Positions 27,101-36,323 of a stretch of 64,000 nt of DNA are shown here, one piece after another (positions within the stretch are counted from its first letter, which is position 1; every line of letters starts with the position of its first letter). This stretch comes from an uncultured Pirellulales bacterium. Lineage in GTDB: Bacteria; Planctomycetota; Phycisphaerae; Sedimentisphaerales; Anaerohalosphaeraceae. Location of the stretch: assembly GCA_964628195.1 (NCBI GenBank), contig CAZVPF010000002.1:100078-164077 (forward strand), in the 5' to 3' direction. Below the pieces are notes generated by a model. The model made no database searches. It was given only the letters and a program-made list of their open reading frames with translations, and had not been told where the DNA came from. Both the position numbers and the translations under genes were made by a program.

Positions 27101-28087
27101 ATGTCAGTTTTCTTTCACATCGGCATGGGCAAAGCCGGGTCAACTTATTTGCAGCAGCAGGTCTTTCCTAATCTCAAAGGGATAACTTATGTCGATCATT
27201 TCCGATATGACAATCCAGTCAGCAGTATTTTGCTCAAACTGTATTATGAGCAAAACCCATGGAAGTCGAATTCGACAGAAGACAAAGAGAAAGCGAATTT
27301 ATTTTTAACTTCTGTTGAGAACAAGCTTTTCAGCTGGGAAAGCATTGTTGGAAACCCGTACGCTAATTTTCATAATCATTTTCTGCTTGCAGATGCGCTC
27401 AAGGAAATTTGCCCTGAGGGGAAGATTATACTTATAATTAGAAAGCAGGACGATTATATTCATTCTCAGTATATGCAGGCTGTTCAAATGGGTTCGGCAT
27501 TTAGCATACGTTATTTTATGAATTACAGCAGCGGTAATTTCGGCACATACACCCCGCCGCCCTGGAAGAAGGCAAATCTTGACGTAAGAATATTAAACTA
27601 TATGAATTTTCTTGACACTTACATTAAGAGATTTGGTAAAGAGAATGTCTTGGTTCTGCCATTTGAACTGATGAAAGAGAATCCGAAAACATTTATTAAA
27701 AAAATTGAAGCATTTACCGGCAGTACCTATAGTGAAGAAAGCTCACAGAAGTTATACGGCATACATAATAAAAGTTATTCTCTGCTTTCATATTATATCG
27801 CAATTATTACTAACGGAATAACCGACCCAACATGTCCTTCTGTGATAAGGTTTGTCAGGAACATCCTGTCTAAGCTGTTTTCAATATGTACTCAATGTTC
27901 CGGCAGAAAGAAGTCTTCTTTTGGCCTTCGTCATGTTCTTCAAAACGGTCTCGATAGAGTTTTTTATATCAGGCCCAATCTTTTAAGCTCCGAACAGCGA
28001 AAGGCAATACTGTCTTTTCATAAAGAATCCAATAAACAGTTGGATGCTTTATATGGTCTTGAACTCAAGAAATACGGTTATTACTGA
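27101..28087 (+). CDS. sulfotransferase-like protein
   Basis: N-terminal 5'-PSB-like loop FFHIGMGKAGSTYLQ and a 3'-PB-like LIIRKQDDYIHSQY, matching PAPS-dependent sulfotransferase motifs. Motif-level evidence only. Confidence 0.55.
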   Translation: MSVFFHIGMGKAGSTYLQQQVFPNLKGITYVDHFRYDNPVSSILLKLYYEQNPWKSNSTEDKEKANLFLTSVENKLFSWESIVGNPYANFHNHFLLADALKEICPEGKIILIIRKQDDYIHSQYMQAVQMGSAFSIRYFMNYSSGNFGTYTPPPWKKANLDVRILNYMNFLDTYIKRFGKENVLVLPFELMKENPKTFIKKIEAFTGSTYSEESSQKLYGIHNKSYSLLSYYIAIITNGITDPTCPSVIRFVRNILSKLFSICTQCSGRKKSSFGLRHVLQNGLDRVFYIRPNLLSSEQRKAILSFHKESNKQLDALYGLELKKYGYY

Positions 28088-28097
28088 AGTACTTTAA

Positions 28098-29945
28098 ATG
28101 TGCGGTTTTACGGGTATAGTTTACTCCGATTCATCCCGGACCATCGACCCTGACACCTACACTCGGTTGACGGAGATTCTTTCTCATCGTGGACCGGACA
28201 ATCTGGGCTGTTTCAGGGATGATAGAATCGACTTGATACACCATCGCCTTTCTATTATTGACCCGACCGACCAGGCCAATCAGCCAATGAAGGACCCGAA
28301 TACAGGAAATGTCGTAGTTTTTAACGGCGAAATATATAACTATAAAGAACTTAAGTCTCAGCATAATGACATTCACTGGCATACAAATTCTGACACAGAG
28401 GTTATACTTAAGTTATACCAACGACTGGGTAAAAGTTTTGTTAATAAGCTTAATGGGATTTTTGCTTTTGCAATTTATGATAATGTGCAAAAATGTGTTT
28501 TACTGTATCGCGACCGTTTCGGGATAAAACCCCTGCATTATATTAACACACAATCTGGGTTCGCGTTTTCTTCCGAAATCAAACCGCTGCTTCAGCTTAT
28601 TCGGCCTGAATATGACCGAACTGTTATTTTTGATTACCTTGAGTATGGACGCTTGGCACATGACCAGCGGACCTTCTTTAGAGGTGTCTGCAGTCTCAAA
28701 CCGGCCCATTATATGAAGTATGACTTTGAAAAAGGAAGTATCTCCACAGTCAGGTATTGGGACATAAAAGACGACAACTCTTTGAGTAACTTATCGAATG
28801 AGCAGATAGTGGAAAGGACGTATACGGAACTTCAAAAAGCTATACGCCTTAATATGGTAAGTGATGTCGAAGTGGCAGTCAGTTTAAGCAGTGGGGCCGA
28901 TTCAACGCTTATTCTGAGACTTGCTCAGCAGCAAACTGCACAAATAAAGGCTTTCACATTCGGCTTTGAAGAGGATGCCTACGACGAAGTGAGCCGTATA
29001 AAAGACCAAGATAGCCTAAAGGGTATCGAATTGCATCCGGTCTATCTCAGGCCCGGTCAAATGCTGGAGCTGCTGAAGCAGGCCGTCTACTACTTTGAAA
29101 CACCTTTAGGAGGACTAGGCACTTTATCGGCATACAATATGATGAAAGAGGTCCGGCGAAAGGGAATCAAGGTGATGTTGGCTGGTGAGGGTGCGGATGA
29201 GATATTCGGCGGATATCAATATTATTTCCCTGCATACTTTAAAGACCTGGAGTACGACAATGAGTTGCTGTATAGAGAAGTGGAAGATTATGCCAAAGCA
29301 CACGGGATCAAAATGAAACCTTTTTGCCAGGCTTATAATGAGTTGATCAAAACAGTCAACTCAAAAACTGTGCTGGCGCCTGATGGCACCGGTTCTTCAA
29401 ACAGCCATGCAAGTTCGGATTTAAGGGCTGAGTTTAAGCAAGACGCTTTAGTCTCTGGTCCGGCCATATTTAAAAGCTGTCTTATTTGTGAAATGTACCG
29501 GGACCTTACAGAAAAGAAGCTGCCGAAACTGTTGCATTTTCAGGACCGAGCAGGAATGGCCGGCGGCATTGAAACAAGGGTTCCTTATCTGGACCATAAC
29601 CTTGTAGAGTTTATTTATGCTTTGGGTAACCGTTGCAAAATATATCGGGGACAAAGCAAGTATTTATTGAAGGCCGTGCTTAAGCGTTATTTTGATTATA
29701 CAGAACCTAAAAAGACAAAACATTATGTGGCAACCCCTCAACGGGAATGGCTGAAAACTACGTCTCTTGCAAAGGAGATACTGGAAACATTGCGCTTTGG
29801 CTGGCTTGTTGAAGAGGGACTTATAGACTTTAAGTTGTTCGAAAGGGATTATAACGCATATATATCTCAGCCGGAACTTGGGAATTCCTTTTTTGTATGG
29901 AAGCTTATCAACCTTGAGTATCTTTTGGGACAAAAATGGAATTAG
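28098..29945 (+). CDS. asparagine synthase (glutamine-hydrolysing) family amidotransferase, glycan-locus paralog
   Basis: N-terminal nucleophile MCGFTGIV, Ntn-amidotransferase body, PP-loop VSLSSGADST, and a 615-aa length. Confidence 0.9.
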   Translation: MCGFTGIVYSDSSRTIDPDTYTRLTEILSHRGPDNLGCFRDDRIDLIHHRLSIIDPTDQANQPMKDPNTGNVVVFNGEIYNYKELKSQHNDIHWHTNSDTEVILKLYQRLGKSFVNKLNGIFAFAIYDNVQKCVLLYRDRFGIKPLHYINTQSGFAFSSEIKPLLQLIRPEYDRTVIFDYLEYGRLAHDQRTFFRGVCSLKPAHYMKYDFEKGSISTVRYWDIKDDNSLSNLSNEQIVERTYTELQKAIRLNMVSDVEVAVSLSSGADSTLILRLAQQQTAQIKAFTFGFEEDAYDEVSRIKDQDSLKGIELHPVYLRPGQMLELLKQAVYYFETPLGGLGTLSAYNMMKEVRRKGIKVMLAGEGADEIFGGYQYYFPAYFKDLEYDNELLYREVEDYAKAHGIKMKPFCQAYNELIKTVNSKTVLAPDGTGSSNSHASSDLRAEFKQDALVSGPAIFKSCLICEMYRDLTEKKLPKLLHFQDRAGMAGGIETRVPYLDHNLVEFIYALGNRCKIYRGQSKYLLKAVLKRYFDYTEPKKTKHYVATPQREWLKTTSLAKEILETLRFGWLVEEGLIDFKLFERDYNAYISQPELGNSFFVWKLINLEYLLGQKWN

Positions 29946-31273
29946 TTAAAACAGGTAATTACATAAAGGATATCGAGTCAAAACATTTTGACAAAATCAC
30001 CAAGCTGAATTTTGGAAAATTCAATGTTTGGCAAATTTACAGAAACTTTCTTATATATAGATTTATGAAAGCAAAAAACTCTTCACAAAAACCGGCTTCC
30101 AAAAGAACTGAAAGTTTGATTAGTTTCTTTTTTCAAATGTATAAAAAAAGGAAGTATCTGAAGAATAAACATATATTATATTCGACTTCTGCGAATTATG
30201 ATAAAAAGGAAGGCGAAAGACTTGCCTCAACGGTTCTTATGAGTTTAGCCAACGAGATCGGTGAGGATAAAGTTTATGTTATTGCAACTGATAAGTATGA
30301 TATTGAACAGCACGAATCCTTTCCAAAGATTGAATTTAATGACTTTACACTTAATAAAATGCGCTTTTCTCCTTTTATTTGTGTTTTTTTATTTCCCGCC
30401 ATATTCCGGCATTTCAGAGCGCTGAAAAACTTTTTAGATGTCAGTTTTTCCAAAGTTGCAATTCTGCTCGCCGGTTTTTTTGAAAAGCATCTTTATTATA
30501 ATATAATGTTGTGGATCATTAAGCCCGCAAGTCTGTTTTTTTACAGGTCTTCATATGGAAGCGAGGCGTTAATATCTGCTGCAAAGGCTCAAGGTATAAA
30601 AGTGTATGAATACCAGCACGGACAGTTGTACAAAGAGCATTATGGATATAATTTTTGCAGATCACTGCTTGGAATTAAAAACAAGATGATTCTTCCGGAC
30701 AAATTACTTTTATACGGGGAGTATTGGAAAGAAGTTTTGAAAGAAGAAGGTTTTTTCGATGATAAAGATGTGATTGTGTGTGGTCATCCGACCCTGCACG
30801 ATGCAGGCAAGATAGATTTTGATATAAATTATGAACAGATAGCGGTATTTTCCTCGCCTTATGCTGCCGAAAAGTTAATAAAATTTATCGATCGTTATAT
30901 AAATAATTCAGATTATGCCTGTGATTATCAGTGGATAATCAAATGCCATCCCCGCGAAAATAAGCAACTATGGCAGGAACTTGCTGATAAGCATCAACAA
31001 GTTCAGGTCATATCTAAAAGCACTTATGATATATTGAATTCGGTGAAAATTATTTTATCAGCTTCCCCTTCTATAATATATGAATCGACTTATTTTGGAA
31101 ATTCTGTATACGCTTTTTTTCCGGGTGTTGACCTTGATAATTCGCAAAGCTGGGCCTTTCCTGAATGTAACAGGATTGAAGAAGGCTTTCTGGGCCATTT
31201 TGAAAAAAACAAACAAGTGGATGTTTCCGAAAAATACTATAAGGGACTTGCTCTCCAACAAATATTTTCTTAA
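29936..31273 (+). CDS. hypothetical protein (possible GT-B-like transferase)
   Basis: 445-aa ORF coupled to its neighbours by a 10-nt overlap upstream. I recognised no confident family. It contains EEG (LKEEGFF) and two HP dipeptides (CGHPTL, IIKCHPRENK), reminiscent of bacterial sialyltransferase D/E-D/E-G and HP motifs. Confidence 0.5.
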   Translation: MELVKTGNYIKDIESKHFDKITKLNFGKFNVWQIYRNFLIYRFMKAKNSSQKPASKRTESLISFFFQMYKKRKYLKNKHILYSTSANYDKKEGERLASTVLMSLANEIGEDKVYVIATDKYDIEQHESFPKIEFNDFTLNKMRFSPFICVFLFPAIFRHFRALKNFLDVSFSKVAILLAGFFEKHLYYNIMLWIIKPASLFFYRSSYGSEALISAAKAQGIKVYEYQHGQLYKEHYGYNFCRSLLGIKNKMILPDKLLLYGEYWKEVLKEEGFFDDKDVIVCGHPTLHDAGKIDFDINYEQIAVFSSPYAAEKLIKFIDRYINNSDYACDYQWIIKCHPRENKQLWQELADKHQQVQVISKSTYDILNSVKIILSASPSIIYESTYFGNSVYAFFPGVDLDNSQSWAFPECNRIEEGFLGHFEKNKQVDVSEKYYKGLALQQIFS

Positions 31274-31297
31274 TAAAGCGTAAGCTGGTCTGAAACG

Positions 31298-32026
31298 ATG
31301 ATTTTCAAGAAACTAAAAAATCATATTTGCAATTACAACCTTAATCGTGCTTATTTCAAAAAATTTGACGCCTCTGTCAGCGGCAATTTTTTAAGAAAAA
31401 AAGATCTTGTAAAAGACAGCATAAATATCGGTAAAAAGTCGCTGGTCTATAAGAACAGGATATCCGGTAAAGTAAGTATTGGAAGTTATTGTTCCATATC
31501 CCACGCCATTATCAGGGCCTCTGATGAAACCGAGGTGAGGATTGGCTCTTACTCGATAATACAGGGAGGACAGTCTCAGATCGTCTCTAAAATTAATGAT
31601 ATAACAATAGGGAAATTTTGCACTATTGGCTTTGGAGCTGTAATTATTGGTTACAGCCATCGAACTGACACTTACACCTATTCACTGCTCGACAAGCGGA
31701 TTTTGGGTGGTAGAACTGCGAATTTCTGTTCATTTGGTGATATACAAATTGGCCATGACTGCACCATCGGCATGTATTCCTTTATCATGCCCGGAGTCTC
31801 TTTAGGTAACGGGTGTATCGTCCTGCCGAACAGCGTAGTGACTTCCTCTTTTGAGCCGTATACGATTATTGCCGGAAATCCAGCTGTTAAAGTCGGCATT
31901 CGTTTTAGTCAAAAGAAGATTGATTATTTGAACACAATTAACTGGTATGAATGGCCGCATGAAAAAATCGTTTCAAATATTTACAAACTCAATAAGAGAG
32001 TCAGAGAAAGTAATGAATTTGATTGA
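31298..32026 (+). CDS. left-handed beta-helix (hexapeptide-repeat) acyl/acetyltransferase
   Basis: Repeated [LIV]-G-x-x-x-x hexapeptides (IGSYCSI, IGSYSII, IGKFCTIGFGAVI, IGHDCTIGMYSFI, LGNGCIVLPNSVV). It also has a GNPAVKVGIRF...INWYEW tail like the Vat/CatB-type subfamily. Confidence 0.8.
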   Translation: MIFKKLKNHICNYNLNRAYFKKFDASVSGNFLRKKDLVKDSINIGKKSLVYKNRISGKVSIGSYCSISHAIIRASDETEVRIGSYSIIQGGQSQIVSKINDITIGKFCTIGFGAVIIGYSHRTDTYTYSLLDKRILGGRTANFCSFGDIQIGHDCTIGMYSFIMPGVSLGNGCIVLPNSVVTSSFEPYTIIAGNPAVKVGIRFSQKKIDYLNTINWYEWPHEKIVSNIYKLNKRVRESNEFD

Positions 32027-32038
32027 AAGAGCGGCCCT

Positions 32039-33460
32039 ATGATCCGGGTTGAAAAAAATTATTTGTTTACACATCAGGACCAGCTTTCATTTGCAGAGCT
32101 TTCAGGTGATTTTAATCCGGTTCATATTGACCCTCTTTATGCCCGCCGTACTTTGTTCGGCAAACAAATAGTTCACGGAATCAATCTTTTATTAAAAGCT
32201 TTGGATTATGCTGTTGAAACTTGCACAGCCGGCAAGTCTTTCAATATTATAAATGCTCAATTTCTTAAACCTGTTAAGATTAATGAAAATGTTGTATTCT
32301 CTTGTAATCTTGCTCAAGATACAATTCAGGTCGAAATATTACAGGCAAGTACAAAAGCAGCGTCTTTTAACATACTTTTGGCCGATTTCCAAGTCGATCT
32401 TGATATTCCGAACAAATCTGACGAAAGTATTGAGTGCAAGGCTATCGACAGTGATACGGCAGAGTATGCAAACGGAATACTAAGACTATACCTAAATAAG
32501 CATGCCGCTGAATTGCTTTTTCCTAATCTTTACCGAATAGCGCCATTAGTTCAGATTGCCGAGATTTTGGCAGCAACAAGGCTTGTAGGAATGAATTGTC
32601 CCGGTAAGAACTCTATATTTAATGGCCTTGACGTTCATTTCAACGGGAGTCCAAGTGACAGTGGTGAGCTTCGCTGGAATGTCTCTACCTGCAGCCGACG
32701 CTTCTCAAGATTAAATATAGAAATAGCCGGGCCAACCCTCAGGGGCAGAATTGATACCTTCTTAAGGCCCGAACCGTTAAAACAGCCGGACTTGAAGAAA
32801 CTTTGTAAAATGGTCAAGCCATTTGAGTTTGCCGGACAGAAGGCTCTTGTTATCGGCGGATCAAGAGGACTTGGTGAAGTGACCGCTAAGCTTCTAGCGG
32901 CTGGGGGTGCTGACGTAAAAATCACTTATTTCATGGGTGAAATGGAAGCTAATGAGATTGTTAAGGAAATATCAGACTGGGGCCAAGCTGCTGAATGCTT
33001 CAAGTTCGATGTTTTAACACCTGGTGCCTGTTCTACGGTGCTTCATAACTTTCGAAACACCACGACGCTTTACTACTTCGCCACACCGTTTATTTTCGAT
33101 GCCGTTAAAGGTGATTTTTCTGCCAAACTGTTTCAGCGTTTTTGCAATTATTACGTAAGCGGTTTCTTTAATACTGTCAAAATACTCATGGAAAATTGCC
33201 AAAACCTGCAGTATATTTTTTATCCGTCTTCGATCGCTGTCGAGGAATATCCATCAAATATGTGTGAGTATGCGGCTGCCAAATCATCAGGAGAGTTTAT
33301 TTGTAACTTTCTGGCGAAGAAGTTTACTAACCTTATTGTATATAAACCAAGGATCTCGAGGATGGCGACTGACCAGACAGCCAGCCTTTTGCCTGTTAAT
33401 AATCAGGACCCGGGTCCTGTCATTCTTGAGCATTTAAGATGCATGAAAAAATTAAAATGA
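32039..33460 (+). CDS. MaoC-like (hot-dog) dehydratase fused to short-chain dehydrogenase/reductase
   Basis: N-terminus: FAELSGDFNPVHIDPLYARRTLFGKQIVHG (MaoC motif). C-terminus: ALVIGGSRGLGEVTAKLLAAGGADV (SDR glycine motif) and the catalytic YAAAK. Confidence 0.8.
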   Translation: MIRVEKNYLFTHQDQLSFAELSGDFNPVHIDPLYARRTLFGKQIVHGINLLLKALDYAVETCTAGKSFNIINAQFLKPVKINENVVFSCNLAQDTIQVEILQASTKAASFNILLADFQVDLDIPNKSDESIECKAIDSDTAEYANGILRLYLNKHAAELLFPNLYRIAPLVQIAEILAATRLVGMNCPGKNSIFNGLDVHFNGSPSDSGELRWNVSTCSRRFSRLNIEIAGPTLRGRIDTFLRPEPLKQPDLKKLCKMVKPFEFAGQKALVIGGSRGLGEVTAKLLAAGGADVKITYFMGEMEANEIVKEISDWGQAAECFKFDVLTPGACSTVLHNFRNTTTLYYFATPFIFDAVKGDFSAKLFQRFCNYYVSGFFNTVKILMENCQNLQYIFYPSSIAVEEYPSNMCEYAAAKSSGEFICNFLAKKFTNLIVYKPRISRMATDQTASLLPVNNQDPGPVILEHLRCMKKLK

Positions 33461-34359
33461 GTGAAGCTGTAAGTTCACTTGTAGACCGGATAGTCTCAAA
33501 AAATAAGCTTCAGAAAAATATGATTTTAACCGGCTTAAAATCGCTTTCCGGAGATAATCTCTGTGACTTTGAAGCTTACATTAACTTTTGTTCCAAAAAA
33601 GGAATGAATCACAAATATCTATCAGATTGTTACGAACTGATAACCCGGGCGAGTTTTCGTGAACAAGTGTATTTTAAGCGCCATAAAAAATACAGGTACA
33701 GCAGCTATAGTGAAGTTTCTAATTCAGTGTATTTCAATGAAGACTATATGTTGCGTTATATGACAGGGCTGGCGTTAACATCTTTTTTATGGCCCAACCA
33801 TGTGGCAATGATGAACTATTTTCATGAGAATTTGCCGCGTGATAAAGCCGGACTGTACCTTGAAATCGGACCTGGACACGGGTTTTATATGATGAATGCT
33901 ATGCGGTTGACTTCTTTCTCCCATTTTCTTGCAGTTGATATAAGCCCCACAAGCGTTAATATGACTAAAAGCATACTCAGCGATTCATCTTTCGGTAAGT
34001 TTGACAGGTATGAGATAATACAGGGTGATTTCCTTGAATTCCCGTCCACTGATAAATTTGACGTCATTGTTATGGGAGAGGTTCTTGAACATGTCGAAAG
34101 CCCGGTTTCTTTTCTTAAAAAAGCTCACTGTTGCTGCAAAGAAAATGGTTTTATTTATATAACAACAGCAATCAACGCTCCAGCAGTGGACCATATATAC
34201 CTTTACCGGTCATCGGAGCAGATTGAGACTCAAGTTAAATCATGCGGTTTTGAGGTATTAAATAAACTTGTTTGCCCTTATTATGGAACTTCTTTAGAAG
34301 AAAGCATACAAAATGATCTGCCTGTTAATATAGCACTCGTTCTTCAAAAGAGTAACTAA
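33457..34359 (+). CDS. class I SAM-dependent methyltransferase
   Basis: Motif I YLEIGPGHGF, then LAVDISPTSVNM and FDVIVMGEVLEHVESP. ATG 33457 forms an ATGA overlap with the upstream stop; the ORF-track start is 33439. Confidence 0.75.
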   Translation: MSEAVSSLVDRIVSKNKLQKNMILTGLKSLSGDNLCDFEAYINFCSKKGMNHKYLSDCYELITRASFREQVYFKRHKKYRYSSYSEVSNSVYFNEDYMLRYMTGLALTSFLWPNHVAMMNYFHENLPRDKAGLYLEIGPGHGFYMMNAMRLTSFSHFLAVDISPTSVNMTKSILSDSSFGKFDRYEIIQGDFLEFPSTDKFDVIVMGEVLEHVESPVSFLKKAHCCCKENGFIYITTAINAPAVDHIYLYRSSEQIETQVKSCGFEVLNKLVCPYYGTSLEESIQNDLPVNIALVLQKSN

Positions 34360-36105
34360 ATGAAGGAAATGAAATACAGTGAAATTATAAAACAAAACGC
34401 TTCTCTTGGTCAACAGATGAACACTGACAAGTTCCCCATCAGTGTCCTGTCAAATATTATGGTGGACCAAATCAAGGATATTGGAGAATATTTTCTCAAA
34501 ACAAACGGCCTCAATGCGGAGTTGCTGGTCGGCGACTATGACAATATCCTGCAGGAATCACAAAAAACAGCGGATTGTAGAGTCGCGGTAATCTTTTGGG
34601 AAGCCGCCAATCTGCTCGATGGATTTCAATACCGGGCAGATTCCATGAAAAAAGAACAGCTCGAGGAACTTTTAAATAAAACTGTAAATGAAATTGATTT
34701 TGTTTTGAAATCTCTTGCCGATAAATCGCTTGTAATCTTCAATTCCTTCTCAAGTAATGTTTTTAATTCTACGCTGCTTGAAAGAAACAATTTTGATCAC
34801 TTCTGCGATTCACTTAATTCTTATCTTAAAAAATACAGTGCTGCAAATCTGCGAGTGATCGATATTGACCGGATCATATCAAATCTGTCTGTCGCCGAAA
34901 GTTCTGATATGAGATTTTATTACTCTTCAAAATCCCTGTACACGGTTGATTTCTTCAAAGCTTACGTGTCTGATGTCTTTCATTATATTTTGTCAGCATG
35001 TGGAAAGACCCGAAAGGCCTTGATATTCGACTGTGACAACACTCTTTGGAAGGGAATTCTGGGGGAGGACGGAATTGATAATATTGAAATGTCAGGGTAC
35101 ACCCCAGCCGGAGCTGTATATAAGGAAATACAGTATATCGCCCTTCAGCTTAAGCAAAAAGGGGTGATTTTAGGCATTTGCAGTAAGAATAATCCGCAAG
35201 ATGTCGATCAGGTGTTTGCCGAACATCCCTCCATGACTCTAAGAGAAGAAGATATTGCCATCAGGAAAGTGAACTGGAATGATAAAGTGTCTGGGTTGAA
35301 ACAGATTGCTGAGGAGCTTAACATAGGCCTTGACAGTCTTGTTTTTGTGGACGATTCAAAGTTCGAGATAGAGATGGTAAATGAAATGCTTCCACAAGTG
35401 CACACCATATTAGTGCCGAAAAAACTATCGGATTACCCTGCGGTTTTAAGAAGTTCATGCCGCCTGTTCTTAAGTGAATCACAGACGCATGAAGACAGGA
35501 TGAAAACGAAGATTTATAGTGTACAGGCTGTAAGAAAAAAAGAAAGCCTTAAATTTGAAAATGTTGAAGATTATTTAAAGTCGCTTGAACTTCGATTAAC
35601 TGTTAAAACGGACGATAAGAACTCTATTCAAAGGCTGGCACAGCTTACGCAAAAAACAAATCAGTTTAACTTGACCACAAAACGGTATACTGTTTCTGAT
35701 ATTTCAAAATTCATGAATTCTGACGACCACATAGTGTTTAGTTTTGAACTCTCGGACAAATACGGAAGTTACGGGATTACCGGTCTGAGCATAGTTCAGA
35801 TTGACCTTGAGAATTTGAATGCTGATATCGACACATTTTTAATGAGTTGCAGGGTAATAGGACGAAACGTCGAGTTTAGTTTTTTCCGTTTCATCGTTGA
35901 CCGCCTTAAAGAAAAAAAAATTCAGCAAGTTAAATCGCATTATATTCAAACCCTTAAAAATAAACAGGCAGAAAACTTCTTTGAGAATTGCGGGTGCGGA
36001 CTTGTTAATGAAACTGCGAAAGAAAAACATTACAAAATGTTTTTAGACCAACCGGTGCTGAACACTTTTGATTACATAGGAGTTGTAAATGGAAGACAGG
36101 ATTAA
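34360..36105 (+). CDS. FkbH-like HAD-IIIC family protein with C-terminal GNAT-like domain
   Basis: HAD motif I ALIFDCDNTLWKGILGEDG, then ICSKNN and VFVDDS, matching the FkbH-like subfamily. The C-terminal ~150 aa look acyltransferase-like (GSYGITGL...MSCRVIGRNVE). Confidence 0.85.
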   Translation: MKEMKYSEIIKQNASLGQQMNTDKFPISVLSNIMVDQIKDIGEYFLKTNGLNAELLVGDYDNILQESQKTADCRVAVIFWEAANLLDGFQYRADSMKKEQLEELLNKTVNEIDFVLKSLADKSLVIFNSFSSNVFNSTLLERNNFDHFCDSLNSYLKKYSAANLRVIDIDRIISNLSVAESSDMRFYYSSKSLYTVDFFKAYVSDVFHYILSACGKTRKALIFDCDNTLWKGILGEDGIDNIEMSGYTPAGAVYKEIQYIALQLKQKGVILGICSKNNPQDVDQVFAEHPSMTLREEDIAIRKVNWNDKVSGLKQIAEELNIGLDSLVFVDDSKFEIEMVNEMLPQVHTILVPKKLSDYPAVLRSSCRLFLSESQTHEDRMKTKIYSVQAVRKKESLKFENVEDYLKSLELRLTVKTDDKNSIQRLAQLTQKTNQFNLTTKRYTVSDISKFMNSDDHIVFSFELSDKYGSYGITGLSIVQIDLENLNADIDTFLMSCRVIGRNVEFSFFRFIVDRLKEKKIQQVKSHYIQTLKNKQAENFFENCGCGLVNETAKEKHYKMFLDQPVLNTFDYIGVVNGRQD

Positions 36106-36322
36106 AAAAGTTATGTCTGAAGTGCTTGGGCTTGACATTGCCAAAATTAATAAAGACACTTCGGTCGATACGGTAGATACATGGGATTCACTTAGGCAGA
36201 TGAATCTTATTGTCGCACTGGAAGATGAATTTGATTTCGAATTTGATGAAGATGAAATGACAGAATTAACCGGTTTTACAATTATTGTAAATTCGGTCTC
36301 AAAAAAAGTTGCTTGCCGATAA
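36089..36322 (+). CDS. acyl carrier protein
   Basis: 77 aa and acidic. The phosphopantetheine-attachment context is DTWDSLRQMNLIVALEDEF (DSL). It overlaps the FkbH-like gene by 17 nt. Confidence 0.8.
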   Translation: MEDRIKKVMSEVLGLDIAKINKDTSVDTVDTWDSLRQMNLIVALEDEFDFEFDEDEMTELTGFTIIVNSVSKKVACR

Positions 36323-36323
36323 G

